Shown here: positions 1-11,996 of the stretch, one piece after another | Layout: every line of letters begins with the position of its first letter | Position numbering within the stretch: the stretch's first letter is position 1 | Assembly (NCBI RefSeq): GCF_001194135.2 | Contig: NC_068988.1 | Span: 56,133,907 to 56,165,999 of the forward strand | Origin: Octopus bimaculoides | Taxonomy: Eukaryota | Length of the DNA: 32,093 bases | Direction: 5' to 3' | The notes under the pieces: generated by a model | Told to the model about the DNA's origin: nothing | The model's input: the letters and a program-made list of their open reading frames with translations, nothing else | Database searches by the model: none | Position numbers and translations under genes: made by a program

Positions 1-39
<39 letters not shown>

Positions 40-330
40 TTATCTGTTTGTCTGTCTATCCACACATCATTTATTTGGTTTGTTTCTTTTTGTGGTTTTT
101 CGTCATTTTTGAATGTTTGTATACGTGTCCCGTTGTTTGTGTTGTTGCTGTTCACGTGTTGTATCATAAGAACCTTACACCAAAATGCGCAAAGTCTGAG
201 CTAATATGTTGACATGTCTAAATACCTACACTTACACACATGCATATATACTTACAAGCATGCATGCGTACATAAATACGTACGTACATACATACATACA
301 TACATACATACATACATACATACATACATG

Positions 331-782
331 ATGATGGCCGTCCACTCGTGACCGAGGAAGACCATTGCGACCTTCAGGAACATTGTGCGCTCTAGGGCTA
401 ACTTATATTTTGCATTTGCGGCTCCGTTGTTTGCTAATGAGCCCTGCTCTTGACAAGCATACACGACTGCAAATATTGCAGATAAAACTTTCCCCATTCA
501 CTATATGAGCCGTGCGCTTTCGCGCAGATCGCTTAAGTTCTTCATGCTGGATACGTGCTCTCTCAAAAGTGTCGATCCCCTCCTTAACATGCTTCCTCCA
601 TCCGTGGCGATGACAGGCGTTGTTCTCCCAGTCAGTGTTCTGCATATCACAGGTCTTTAACGAGGACTTGACACAGTCTTTAAAGCGCAGCCTTGGTTTC
701 CGCCGGAGTCTCCTTCCATTCACAAGTTCTCCATAAAGCATCTGCTTAGGAATCCTGTTATCCTTCATTCTAATAAGGTGTC
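331..782 (-). mobile_element. 5'-truncated RTE-clade LINE (ORF C-terminus, 3' UTR, CAT tail)
   Basis: Minus ORF segment GHLIRMKDNRIPKQMLYGELVNGRRLRRKPRLRFKDCVKSSLK...WRKHVKEG...FICNICSRVCLSRAGLISKQR matches the RTE/BovB post-RT region and terminal CxxC...H finger. Ends in GGCCATCATCAT. Flanked by identical CATACATACATACATACATG at 311-330 and 783-802. Confidence 0.88.
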
Positions 783-1034
783 CATACATACATACATACA
801 TGCATAAAACAAAACAAAGATATGCACATGCACTGACTCCAAAACACTTGCACATATACACACATACATGCACAACTACCCTGTTGATGTTGAAATTCCA
901 ATGGATGAGCCTCAGACCAAGATTAGAAACCGGATCATTCTTCATTGATAAAAAAAAATCTAGAAATAAAACTAAGCAGCATATACGCCTACACACATTG
1001 CTAGAGAGAAGCATTGGAATGAGTCATTGATAAT

Positions 1035-1185
1035 GCAATGTGAGGCCCGTATATGACTCTTGAGTCCCGCCAAAGATTTGCACATTTCATTACATAATGC
1101 ACTTTTTGCTGGCTGGCAGAAGGAACGGATGCGATTGTATGAAATATTTTGACATGTCTTTTTAATTCTCCAACTGAAAGGCAAA
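1035..1185 (-). mobile_element. Degraded RTE LINE 3' end (zinc-finger region)
   Basis: Minus frame WRIKK...LCNEMCKSLAGLKSHIRASH resembles the RTE C-terminal C..CKS.AGL.SH.R.H motif. Confidence 0.55.
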
Positions 1186-1613
1186 CATCTTCACAGGTTG
1201 CACATGTTCTGTTATCCCTCTAAATGTGTTGATTTGCTCTTTATTTCATTTTCCCACTCACCCGTATGTGTGTTTGCATATATATATACATATAGGGAAA
1301 ATAAGGGATTAACACAAGTTTATATTGTTGTTCCGATGCGCACAATTATGGTTGTTTGGAGTTCTGCGATAGAACTTCCAAAAGCATATCATATAGATGC
1401 TCAACCACAAAGGATCCTGATGGTGAAGCGCGTGTATGAACTTTAATATAGACTTATTTTTACCCACTTTTGCTCCGAAGTACATAACTGGTATTACTGT
1501 TCTGCACGGTAGTTAATTAACAACTATACAGAAAGCAGACTGGGTTGTGAAAATCTATGTGGGGCTCTGAACATAACAGTAGAAGTTGTATATCTATTCG
1601 TACACACAATATC

Positions 1614-1756
<143 letters not shown>

Positions 1757-3580
1757 NNNNNNNNNNNNNNNNNNNNNNNNNNNNNNNNNNNNNNNNNNNN
1801 NNNNNNNNNNNNNNNNNNNNNNNNNNNNNNNNNNNNNNNNNNNNNNNNNNNNNNNNNNNNNNNNNNNNNNNNNNNNNNNNNNNNNNNNNNNNNNNNNNNN
1901 NNNNNNNNNNNNNNNNNNNNNNNNNNNNNNNNNNNNNNNNNNNNNNNNNNNNNNNNNNNNNNNNNNNNNNNNNNNNNNNNNNNNNNNNNNNNNNNNNNNN
2001 NNNNNNNNNNNNNNNNNNNNNNNNNNNNNNNNNNNNNNNNNNNNNNNNNNNNNNNNNNNNNNNNNNNNNNNNNNNNNNNNNNNNNNNNNNNNNNNNNNNN
2101 NNNNNNNNNNNNNNNNNNNNNNNNNNNNNNNNNNNNNNNNNNNNNNNNNNNNNNNNNNNNNNNNNNNNNNNNNNNNNNNNNNNNNNNNNNNNNNNNNNNN
2201 NNNNNNNNNNNNNNNNNNNNNNNNNNNNNNNNNNNNNNNNNNNNNNNNNNNNNNNNNNNNNNNNNNNNNNNNNNNNNNNNNNNNNNNNNNNNNNNNNNNN
2301 NNNNNNNNNNNNNNNNNNNNNNNNNNNNNNNNNNNNNNNNNNNNNNNNNNNNNNNNNNNNNNNNNNNNNNNNNNNNNNNNNNNNNNNNNNNNNNNNNNNN
2401 NNNNNNNNNNNNNNNNNNNNNNNNNNNNNNNNNNNNNNNNNNNNNNNNNNNNNNNNNNNNNNNNNNNNNNNNNNNNNNNNNNNNNNNNNNNNNNNNNNNN
2501 NNNNNNNNNNNNNNNNNNNNNNNNNNNNNNNNNNNNNNNNNNNNNNNNNNNNNNNNNNNNNNNNNNNNNNNNNNNNNNNNNNNNNNNNNNNNNNNNNNNN
2601 NNNNNNNNNNNNNNNNNNNNNNNNNNNNNNNNNNNNNNNNNNNNNNNNNNNNNNNNNNNNNNNNNNNNNNNNNNNNNNNNNNNNNNNNNNNNNNNNNNNN
2701 NNNNNNNNNNNNNNNNNNNNNNTTTTTTTTTAACTTAGTTTTAAAGCATAATGTTTCTAGAATAACGTTACCGGAAGTGTCGGGTTTTTTTGTTATGGGG
2801 TTAGGCTATGATTTAAACGTTATTTCGGGTTTCTGATCTGCATCAGAAGATGGAAGAGAGAGACAGACAGAAGGTGGTGCTGTCGCCCTTAGCTACACTC
2901 CGAACAACAGTTGAGTATATATGTGTGAATGTGTATGTGTGTGTGAATATGTGCGTGTGTGTATGTGTGTATGTGTGAGTGCTTATGTATATACATGTGT
3001 GTGTGCGTGCCAAAAGCAGTAAAACTATAATATTTATAATTTCAAATGACATATATGATGTTCTATGCAGTCTAACACTATGTCTTAAGTGTCAATCACA
3101 CCATTTACTGCTATCTTCATAGTGCCGACCTTAAGAAGTAGCAGCGATATTTATGAGTTGTTGCTCCCCCGACCCGTTTTTCATTGATATTTTTGGTCAA
3201 TATCATTTACAACAAAAACAACATTCAGGTAGTCATACCACTTGATATTATCCTCCTTTGACATTTTTACATATTTTTTATGAACTGAGACGACGTTTTG
3301 ATAGGAGGATATAGCTTCCAGTTGGTGCTTGCAGTTTTCATGTAAGCAGATATATGTATATATTTTATCAAACATGACCGATGTTCACGTCTGCTGGATA
3401 TTACAGCGTCTAATATCTACAACAAACACAGTTGTATGTATTATTTCCATATCTCTTATCTTATAACAAACATTCACAGCGATATGTTACTTATAAATAA
3501 ACGACTAAGGCAAGTATGTTGGTAGTGTCTCTAGATTTGTTGACATAATCAAATAACATTCTATATTAAGAGCCACCAAG

Positions 3581-3660
3581 CGTTTCGTTTGTTCGACCTG
3601 CTAGCAATAGTAACCAAACCTCCTTTAAATCTATCGTTTTAATAAACGGCCACATTTACA
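3581..3660 (+). repeat. Fragment of dispersed repeat family E
   Basis: TGCTAG.AATAG.A.CCAAA motif recurs at about 20788-20808 and 25467-25498. Confidence 0.45.
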
Positions 3661-3702
3661 GCGGCTGTATCTTGTAATAGGTACACTATATTTTAAACCA
3701 AT

Positions 3703-3925
3703 GGAAGGCGGCGAACTGGCAGAAACGTTAGCACCCCGGGCGAAATACGCAGCGGTAATTCGGCTGAGTTCAAATTCCGCCGATGTCGACTTTGCCTTTC
3801 ATTCTTTCGAGGTCGATAAATTAAGTACCAGCTACGCACTGGGGTCGATGTAATCGACTTAATCCCTTTGTCTATCCTTGTTTGTCCCCTCTATGTTTAG
3901 ACCCTTGTTGGCAATAAAGAAATAA
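3703..3925 (+). mobile_element. SINE family A, near full length, tail type 1
   Basis: GGCGGCGAACTGGCAGAAACGTTAGC head, B-box-like GAGTTCAAATTCC, central GACTTTGCCTTTCAT.CTTTCG.GGTCGATAAATTAAGTACCAG...CTGGGGTCGATGTAATCGAC block repeated more than 12 times in the window; tail ...GCAATAAAGAAATAAG. Confidence 0.85.
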
Positions 3926-4126
3926 GAAATGTTACCACGCCGGGCGAAATGCTTAGCAGTGTTTCGTCTGCCGTTACGCTCTGAGTCAAATTCCGCCGTG
4001 GTCGACTTTACCTTTCATCCTTTCGGGATCGTTAGATTAAGTACTAGTTGCGTACTGGGGTCGATGCAATCGACTGTCCCCTTCCCCCCAAATTTCGAGC
4101 CTTGTGCCTAGAGTAGGAAAGAATAT
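3926..4126 (+). mobile_element. SINE family A, second head-to-tail copy, tail type 2
   Basis: Same head and central block; different 3' end CCCCTTCCCCCCAAATTTCGAGCCTTGTGCCTAGAGTAGGAAAGAATATT. Confidence 0.85.
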
Positions 4127-4133
4127 TTTAAAT

Positions 4134-4368
4134 CAACAGTTCTCAATCGAGGCCCATATAATATTTTGTTGTGAAAGTATATGCGCAATAAATTAGTTAT
4201 ATTTCTATAACGCACAAAGTACTTTCACAATTTTTTTGGTACAATTCCAAATAATATTTTATTATAAAAATATATTAGAATTTTTTTTAATACGGGGGTC
4301 CGGTAGAGTAAAAATAGAAACCGAAAGGAATCCACACGTAAAAATGGTTGAGGTGTTGAGATCAACTG
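4134..4368. mobile_element. hAT-like MITE, intact copy
   Basis: CA...TG termini with degenerate TIRs (CAACAGTTCTCAAT / GTTGAGATCAACTG). Perfect 8-bp TSD TTTTAAAT at 4126-4133 and 4369-4376. Body homologous to 19945-20070 plus 20540-20641. Confidence 0.8.
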
Positions 4369-4581
4369 TTTTAAATAAAGACAGGGTGGTCACATCAGGC
4401 TTAAACACGGCAGTTAATAAGTCGGCTCCATCAAACCTAACCTAGGTGAAACAACAATAACATCTTTTTTTCATTATTTTTACTTCTTTAAAAAGACTCA
4501 TTTTTAAATTTGATAGACTGTATATATATACTTATTTCTTCCACATTTATATCTCTACTTCTTTCTATTTCTTTCCTCTAG

Positions 4582-4770
4582 GATGCAAATGTAACCAGCA
4601 CGCCCGCAAGTGTCACTTCAATCGGGAGATTTACATCCTTTCCGGCTACAAGAGTGGTGGCATTTGTGTGAAATGTCGCCATCATACTGATGGACGCAAG
4701 TGCAACTACTGCCGACCTCTCTACTACAGAGACCATTCGAAGCCCATTCACCACAAAAAAGCTTGCAAAG
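4582..4770 (+). CDS. Netrin: Internal coding exon of a netrin-family gene: laminin-type EGF repeat 2 (LE2/V-2)
   Basis: Pyrimidine tract plus AG acceptor (ctttctatttctttcctctag, ends 4581) and AG|GTAAGT donor at 4771; 189 bp, phase 1/1. Translation (G)[62 protein letters not shown] has the 8-Cys LE spacing C-x-C-x6-C-x17-C-x2-C-x8-C-x2-C-x17-C and the netrin LE2 motifs HAR.C.FN, LSG.KSGG.C and YYRD..KPI.H.KACK. Confidence 0.95.
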
Positions 4771-5191
4771 GTAAGTCACGAACATCTTTCTCCAATACAT
4801 ATGTCGTTCTCATTTTTGATTTTATTTACATTCATCCATTCTTTCCTTTTTTTCTTTCGTTTTCATATTGTTCTCCCATCTCGCTTCTAAGTCGCTTTCA
4901 ACAAATGTGTATTTAATAGGGTTATGTGTACATTATAAGTCTATTAACTTCACATATTGTATGTTTATGAACATTATCTTTCGATAAGCAATATTTTTTC
5001 TAACATCTTAGTGATGATATGCGTGTAAATGTATACATACACGCATACACACACACATTGTGCATATATATATATGTATGTATATGTTTATGCATATACA
5101 CATGTAAGTATGTATGTATGTATGTATACATACCTATCTATCTAGCTCTCCTCTTTATTCGTATATATAGATGTGTACATATGTGTGTGCA

Positions 5192-5222
<31 letters not shown>

Positions 5223-6075
5223 NNNNNNNNNNNNNNNNNNNNNNNNNNNNNNNNNNNNNNNNNNNNNNNNNNNNNNNNNNNNNNNNNNNNNNNNNNNNNN
5301 NNNNNNNNNNNNNNNNNNNNNNNNNNNNNNNNNNNNNNNNNNNNNNNNNNNNNNNNNNNNNNNNNNNNNNNNNNNNNNNNNNNNNNNNNNNNNNNNNNNN
5401 NNNNNNNNNNNNNNNNNNNNNNNNNNNNNNNNNNNNNNNNNNNNNNNNNNNNNNNNNNNNNNNNNNNNNNNNNNNNNNNNNNNNNNNNNNNNNNNNNNNN
5501 NNNNNNNNNNNNNNNNNNNNNNNNNNNNNNNNNNNNNNNNNNNNNNNNNNNNNNNNNNNNNNNNNNNNNNNNNNNNNNNNNNNNNNNNNNNNNNNNNNNN
5601 NNNNNNNNNNNNNNNNNNNNNNNNNNNNNNNNNNNNNNNNNNNNNNNNNNNNNNNNNNNNNNNNNNNNNNNNNNNNNNNNNNNNNNNNNNNNNNNNNNNN
5701 NNNNNNNNNNNNNNNNNNNNNNNNNNNNNNNNNNNNNNNNNNNNNNNNNNNNNNNNNNNNNNNNNNNNNNNNNNNNNNNNNNNNNNNNNNNNNNNNNNNN
5801 NNNNNNNNNNNNNNNNNNNNNNNNNNNNNNNNNNNNNNNNNNNNNNNNNNNNNNNNNNNNNNNNNNNNNNNNNNNNNNNNNNNNNNNNNNNNNNNNNNNN
5901 NNNNNNNNNNNNNNNNNNNNNNNNNNNNNNNNNNNNNNNNNNNNNNNNNNNNNNNNNNNNNNNNNNNNNNNNNNNNNNNNNNNNNNNNNNNNNNNNNNNN
6001 NNNNNNNNNNNNNNNNNNNNNNNNNNNNNNNNNNNNNNNNNNNNNNNNNNNNNNNNNNAAACATTTTACTTAAAC

Positions 6076-6480
6076 GCAGGCATGACTGTGTGGTAAGAAG
6101 GTTGCTTCCCAATCACAGTTCCGGGTTCAGTCCCACTGTGTAGAACCTTGGGCAAGTGTCTTCTACTATAGCTTCGGGACGACCAAAGCCTTGTGAGTGA
6201 ATTTAGTAGACGGAAACTGAAAGAAGCCTGTCGTATATATATATATTTATACATGTTTGTGTATGTGTGTAAATTTGTGTCTGTGTATGTCCCCCACTAT
6301 CGCTTGACAACCGATGTTTGTGTGTTTACGTCCCTTTAACCTTGCGGTTCGGCAAAAAGAGGCCGATAGAATAAGTACTAGGCTTACAACGAATAAGTCC
6401 TGGGCTCGATTTGTTCGACTAACGGCGGTGCTCCAGCATGGCCGCGGTCAAATGACTGAAACAAATGAAAGAATACAAGA
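6076..6480 (+). mobile_element. Bipartite SINE family B (tRNA/CORE-like 5' module, internal TA/TG microsatellite, 3' module)
   Basis: GGTTCAGTCCCAC B-box-like motif, ACCTTGGGCAAGTGTCTTC CORE-like block, GACGGAAACTGAAAGAAGCC, then CGCTTGACAACC...CTCCAGCATGGCCGC.GTCAAATGACTGAAACAA. Same layout at 10705-11148. Confidence 0.88.
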
Positions 6481-6494
6481 ATATGTATATATTT

Positions 6495-6711
6495 ATGTGT
6501 GTCTTTATCTGTGTTCGTCCCAGCAACACCGCTTGACAACAGGTGATGATGTTTACATCCCCGTAGCTTAGCGGTTCGGCAAAAGATAGAATAAGTTCCA
6601 AGCTTATAAAACGTAATTACATTATAAGACGTAAATACATTCGACTAAAAGTTCTTCAAGGCGGTGCCCCAGCATGGCCGCAGTCTAATGACTGAAGCAA
6701 GGCAAAAAGGA
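6495..6711 (+). mobile_element. Extra tandem copy of the family B 3' module alone
   Basis: CGCTTGACAAC...CCCCGTAGCTTAGCGGTTCGGCAAAA...GGCGGTGCCCCAGCATGGCCGCAGTCTAATGACTGAA directly follows the first copy. Confidence 0.82.
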
Positions 6712-9078
6712 TTATGTATGTATGTATGTATGTATGTATGCATATATATACAATGTCACGTACGTATAATATTCGTTGGGGGTTTGTTTGTAGAACTCAA
6801 TCCGCTCATTGACAAAGCAGTAATGCTCTTTTGTCAAAATTGCTCTTGGGTCTGTGGCTATCGAAACTGATTGGTGTACGCACGCGCAAGTGTATGCTAA
6901 TTGCATATGTATATGTTCTTGTGTGCATGCGTTCAGCTCAGGAACCTCAAATGGAGAATCCTCGGAATGTTTTACTAGCACTAGTACTACAAATGTATCA
7001 TGGGATATGGCTTTCTTGAGAGAAAACAGCTCTGACTTGCATACACTCCGAAGTCCGCGGAAATATTCCTTCGTTATTCTAAGCTTCAAGCACAGCACAG
7101 ACATATGCAATACTATCGTCGATTCCTAGGTATTCAAGGGAGAGAGAGGGGGGGCACTGATATCCGTATTCTTTGCCCAGTTGACAATCTTTTCTCGTTT
7201 AAGCATTTATCCAGACGAAAGTCCGTTCCTATGTCTTACGAGAATGTTGTAACCAGCTCTGTCTCTTGGTGTCGTAAATGTTACTCGAATACAGCTTAAA
7301 AGCCCTCAACAAAAAAGATGCGGGTGACTTTAATTTTTCTTTCATCTGTAGATTCTATCATTCAACGTTTGAATTTCCTGTTAAGTTTTTTAACAGGTCT
7401 GAGAAGAGGTTCACTGCTAGGACGAAAAGCATTACAGATAAACTGATTATCGCTCTGTATTATTGTTGTTGATAGCTTAATTCTGCTAGTGACTATGAAG
7501 GTAGCTGTATTGTTGTGTACCATGTTGTTTTCAGTCTCTTAATGGCGTCGGTAAAGCAGTGGGGACTTTGACAAGGCGTAGTAAATTACTCTAGGATGGA
7601 TGGATGGAAAACAACATAAGTAACAGTAAACAATACAAGACTGTAGGAGTATGTATGTCTACAGATAGATGTCAATGCAAGATAGAAAAATAGATAGATT
7701 GACAGATAGAGAGAGATTGCGGGGGAACAGAATGTTGTGTGTGTATGTATGTGTTTGACGATATACATGTGCATGTCGTTTTGTGCGTATGTGTATGTGT
7801 GTGTTCAGAAAGGCATATAATAGAGCATGAGTATATGATTATTTGTGTGTATGCGCCTGTGACTATGTATGCATGAGCGTGTGTGCATTTGTATATATGT
7901 AAGTATGTGTGTGTGTATGTATATATATGTCTACCGTTCAATCTCACTTTTTATATGNNNNNNNNNNNNNNNNNNNNNNNNNNNNNNNNNNNNNNNNNNN
8001 NNNNNNNNNNNNNNNNNNNNNNNNNNNNNNNNNNNNNNNNNNNNNNNNNNNNNNNNNNNNNNNNNNNNNNNNNNNNNNNNNNNNNNNNNNNNNNNNNNNN
8101 NNNNNNNNNNNNNNNNNNNNNNNNNNNNNNNNNNNNNNNNNNNNNNNNNNNNNNNNNNNNNNNNNNNNNNNNNNNNNNNNNNNNNNNNNNNNNNNNNNNN
8201 NNNNNNNNNNNNNNNNNNNNNNNNNNNNNNNNNNNNNNNNNNNNNNNNNNNNNNNNNNNNNNNNNNNNNNNNNNNNNNNNNNNNNNNNNNNNNNNNNNNN
8301 NNNNNNNNNNNNNNNNNNNNNNNNNNNNNNNNNNNNNNNNNNNNNNNNNNNNNNNNNNNNNNNNNNNNNNNNNNNNNNNNNNNNNNNNNNNNNNNNNNNN
8401 NNNNNNNNNNNNNNAATGTATGCTATTTTGTTGTACGGTGAGGGCGGGGTAATATTTGTTTATTTACGCAGCTTCCTGAAAGGGGAAAAGGCTGTGATGG
8501 TCGAATCTTTCAGACAAACACAAATAAGCTGAAATCTGGTAACTAAGAAAGAGAGAGAGTAGGGGAGATGGGTGGGAGAGAGAATGGAGAAAGGGAGGAG
8601 GAGGAGGGCAGCTGATGACGATGGGCTTTCAGCTAATTATAACCAGTTAAGTACACCATTCCACTTGAAACGGCTTCGAGTTCTTCTCCTCCCCGTGCCA
8701 TTCTCCACCACCTTTGCGTTAACTTCTCTGAGACATTATCAGGAAGATGATGCGCGTTTTAGGGCTGGGATGGGTTGGAGCGACGGAGGAGTTCGAAGCT
8801 GATGTCTTTTAAGGAACTCCATCATTCTTCCAAAAAAACATTTCTGTTTTCTAAACACATACCTGAAACAAGAACACACATGGGTTAATGTTCACTACAG
8901 CTGTTTCAAACGCATTTGTTATCCATCAATAATTCAATTACATCATGAAAAAACAGTTTGCTGTCCTGAATGTTAAAATACCTCGATTCTAATGAATCCT
9001 ACAAATGCTTAATAATACATACAAACATATATGTGTGTGCATTTATCTATATATTACTTCGAAACGGTCTAGGGTGAA

Positions 9079-9164
9079 GGACTCTGACGAAACTGCATCG
9101 ACCATGATGCTAGATTGCGTATCCAGCAGTGTGCAGTCGCTGCAGTTGAAACATGTGTAGTTCC
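9079..9164 (+). ncRNA. Hammerhead-ribozyme-like motif (type I topology, long stem II), partly degenerate
   Basis: CTGACGA (9084-9090), stem II AACTGCATCGAC/GTCGCTGCAGTT (11 of 12 pairs) with inner TGCTAGAT/ATCCAGCA helix, GAAA (9148-9151), ACA/TGT stem III, GTA triplet, stem I GGACT/GTTCC (4 of 5 pairs). Confidence 0.5.
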
Positions 9165-9270
9165 GGGGAAATATGCTGTAAATAACTGTTAAAGTATAAT
9201 TGTGGATGTAAAAAAATCAGCATTCTCCTGATCATTGCTAATGTTATATATACATACACACACAAACGCA

Positions 9271-9278
<8 letters not shown>

Positions 9279-9326
<48 letters not shown>
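9279..9326. repeat. (CA)n microsatellite at gap edge
   Basis: Direct inspection; another (CA)n at 9965-10005 and TG-rich runs at about 10401-10462. Confidence 0.97.
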
Positions 9327-9962
9327 NNNNNNNNNNNNNNNNNNNNNNNNNNNNNNNNNNNNNNNNNNNNNNNNNNNNNNNNNNNNNNNNNNNNNNNNNN
9401 NNNNNNNNNNNNNNNNNNNNNNNNNNNNNNNNNNNNNNNNNNNNNNNNNNNNNNNNNNNNNNNNNNNNNNNNNNNNNNNNNNNNNNNNNNNNNNNNNNNN
9501 NNNNNNNNNNNNNNNNNNNNNNNNNNNNNNNNNNNNNNNNNNNNNNNNNNNNNNNNNNNNNNNNNNNNNNNNNNNNNNNNNNNNNNNNNNNNNNNNNNNN
9601 NNNNNNNNNNNNNNNNNNNNNNNNNNNNNNNNNNNNNNNNNNNNNNNNNNNNNNNNNNNNNNNNNNNNNNNNNNNNNNNNNNNNNNNNNNNNNNNNNNNN
9701 NNNNNNNNNNNNNNNNNNNNNNNNNNNNNNNNNNNNNNNNNNNNNNNNNNNNNNNNNNNNNNNNNNNNNNNNNNNNNNNNNNNNNTGGGAAGTCCACTGT
9801 GTGGCATTATTCTGTAGTAATGCCCCTTATATAAATATATTTACATGTATGTATGTATGTATAACATTAATAATGATGAAGAGAATGCCGATTTTTCATA
9901 CCCACAATTATATTTAACAGTTATTTACAGCATATTTCCCGGACCGACGCGTATATTTAAAT

Positions 9963-10006
<44 letters not shown>

Positions 10007-10704
10007 CTGCTGAAATGGTTCTTTAATAAATGCGGTTAAGGAATCCTCACTGTTGTCATCGTTGTTCTTCTTTAGCCTTTGTAGTACGTTCTACAGGACA
10101 CAATGATCAATGGCAGTTTAACTGTGACCACCTCGTCGTATTTTTTTAATCCAGATTTAGTCTATCCACGAAGCATAATCTAATGCTCCTTTCCTATTTC
10201 TAAGATGGAAAGGTGAGATTTGTGGAAGAAGAGAATGCTAGTTCTAGCAAGTCAAACGATCGACGTACAAGTTCTCCTGTTGGTTCATAGAGTGAGGAGA
10301 GAGGCTGTGATTCACCTGGATTCAACCGCTCTCTACATTGATAAATAGAGCGAAGCCCTTGGCAATATATATAGAAGTTTCTACACATTACTTCTATCAG
10401 AGTGTGTGTGTGTGTGTGTGTGTGTGTCTGTCTGTCTGTGTGTGTGTGTGTCTGTGTGTGTGCGAGGGAGTTTGTATGACATTTGGTCAAACATTCGACT
10501 TAGTACCTGCTGACTACGAATACAGAATACATAGTCATCAACTCCTGCTCGGTGTTTTTTCGCGGGCCTAAGGTATAAACGTGATATATGTGTACATGTA
10601 TGTGTGCGCACGCGCGTATGTATGCGTGCGTATGTAAGTGGTGTGCGCACGATGTATGTATATATTTATATATCTTTGAGAAAAGGTATGAACACCACAG
10701 TCTC

Positions 10705-10860
10705 ATTGCTCTGTGGTAAGTAGCTTGCTTACCAACCACATGGTCTCTGGTTCAGTCCCACTGCGTGGCACCTAGGGCAAGTGTCTTCTACTGTAGCCTC
10801 GGGCCGACCAAAGCCTTGTGAGTGGATTTGGTAGACGGAAACTGAAAGAAGCCCGTCGTA

Positions 10861-10905
<45 letters not shown>

Positions 10906-11148
10906 ATATATATATATATGTATGTGTGTGTATATGTTTGTGTGTCTGTGTTTCTCCCCGCAACATCGCTTGACAACCGATGCTGGTCTGTTTAGGTCCC
11001 CGTAACCTAGCAGTTCGGCAAAAGAGACCGATAGAATAAGTACTAGGCTTACAAAGAATAAGTCCTGGGGTCGATTTGATTCGACTAAAAGTGGTGCTCC
11101 AGCATGGCCGCAGTCAAATGACTGAAACAAGTAAAAGAGTAAAAGAGT
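10705..11148 (+). mobile_element. SINE family B, near full length and well conserved
   Basis: Both modules, internal (TA)n at about 10858-10935, tail GTAAAAGAGTAAAAGAGT. Confidence 0.9.
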
Positions 11149-11914
11149 TACTAAAGACTAAACACTATTCTAAGGAATACAAATAAGACATTGCGGATCA
11201 TACTAGTCAATCATTTGAACAAGAGAGAGAAAAGCACAAGGTTTCGGCAAGTAGTCGAAACCGCTTCGCCCAAGGTACATTTTACCGAAAATTTTACTTT
11301 TCAATAAAACTGACTTTGAGTGACGTCCATTTTAACAAATGGACAGAATCGGTTTCTATCAACTCTCCAACGGACATAATTTCTAGTTCTAAATGAATAC
11401 TTTGTAAGATATGTTTTCGTTAAATTAAGAACAGAAATGTATGCAAATGGAAGCTTTCTCGTAAGATTTGTCTCTATTTCTCTATTACAAGCTCTCATGT
11501 ATTTCGATGTCACACTTTCGTCTCCATTAGCTTAACATGTGTTTTGATAGAATCTTCGGTTGTTTTTTCTATCGTATATTCAAGAGACGCCCCTCTTAAC
11601 TTAGTTCTCTGTTTGACAGCTGTTACTTTCTTACAAGATTTGGAATTAAAAAAAAAAAATTTCTATTTAGAAACGTAGCAAGAAAAAATAGCTTGAGGCC
11701 CTTGCTCCAAACATGGCTTTATTTCTGCTGACATAAATAAACGAAAGAACTAAATAACTATAAGAAAATAGCTACATCCCTTAAAACTGATATCTCTATC
11801 AATAATAACAGTATCAACATCTCCATAACCATTACACTAAGCCCTTTAGATAAGGCATTCTAAGAATAATTACCAATTTTTAAAGGAAAATTACAGAGGG
11901 GAATCACAAAAGCT

Positions 11915-11996
11915 GTTTTGCCGGAATTTGAACCAGAACCTAAAGAGTCGCAACTCGATACAGCAAGGTACCTTACCTGTCGATCTTCCCATAACG
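11915..11996 (-). mobile_element. Degraded SINE family A head fragment
   Basis: GGAATTTGAACCAGAAC is the reverse complement of the family A B-box region. Confidence 0.5.

Noticed and set aside
4668-4916. Track ORFs 4668-4916 and 4690-4890 as standalone genes
   Set aside because: The first is the netrin exon frame reading past the GT donor into intron; the second is an alternative frame.
8600-8640. CTGATGA at about 8612 (also about 14084) as further hammerheads
   Set aside because: No stem II or correctly placed GAAA follows.
11226-11250. Hairpin GGTTTCG-GCAAGTAGT-CGAAACC
   Set aside because: A 7-bp stem alone is expected by chance in 32 kb, and there is no upstream CTGANGA core.
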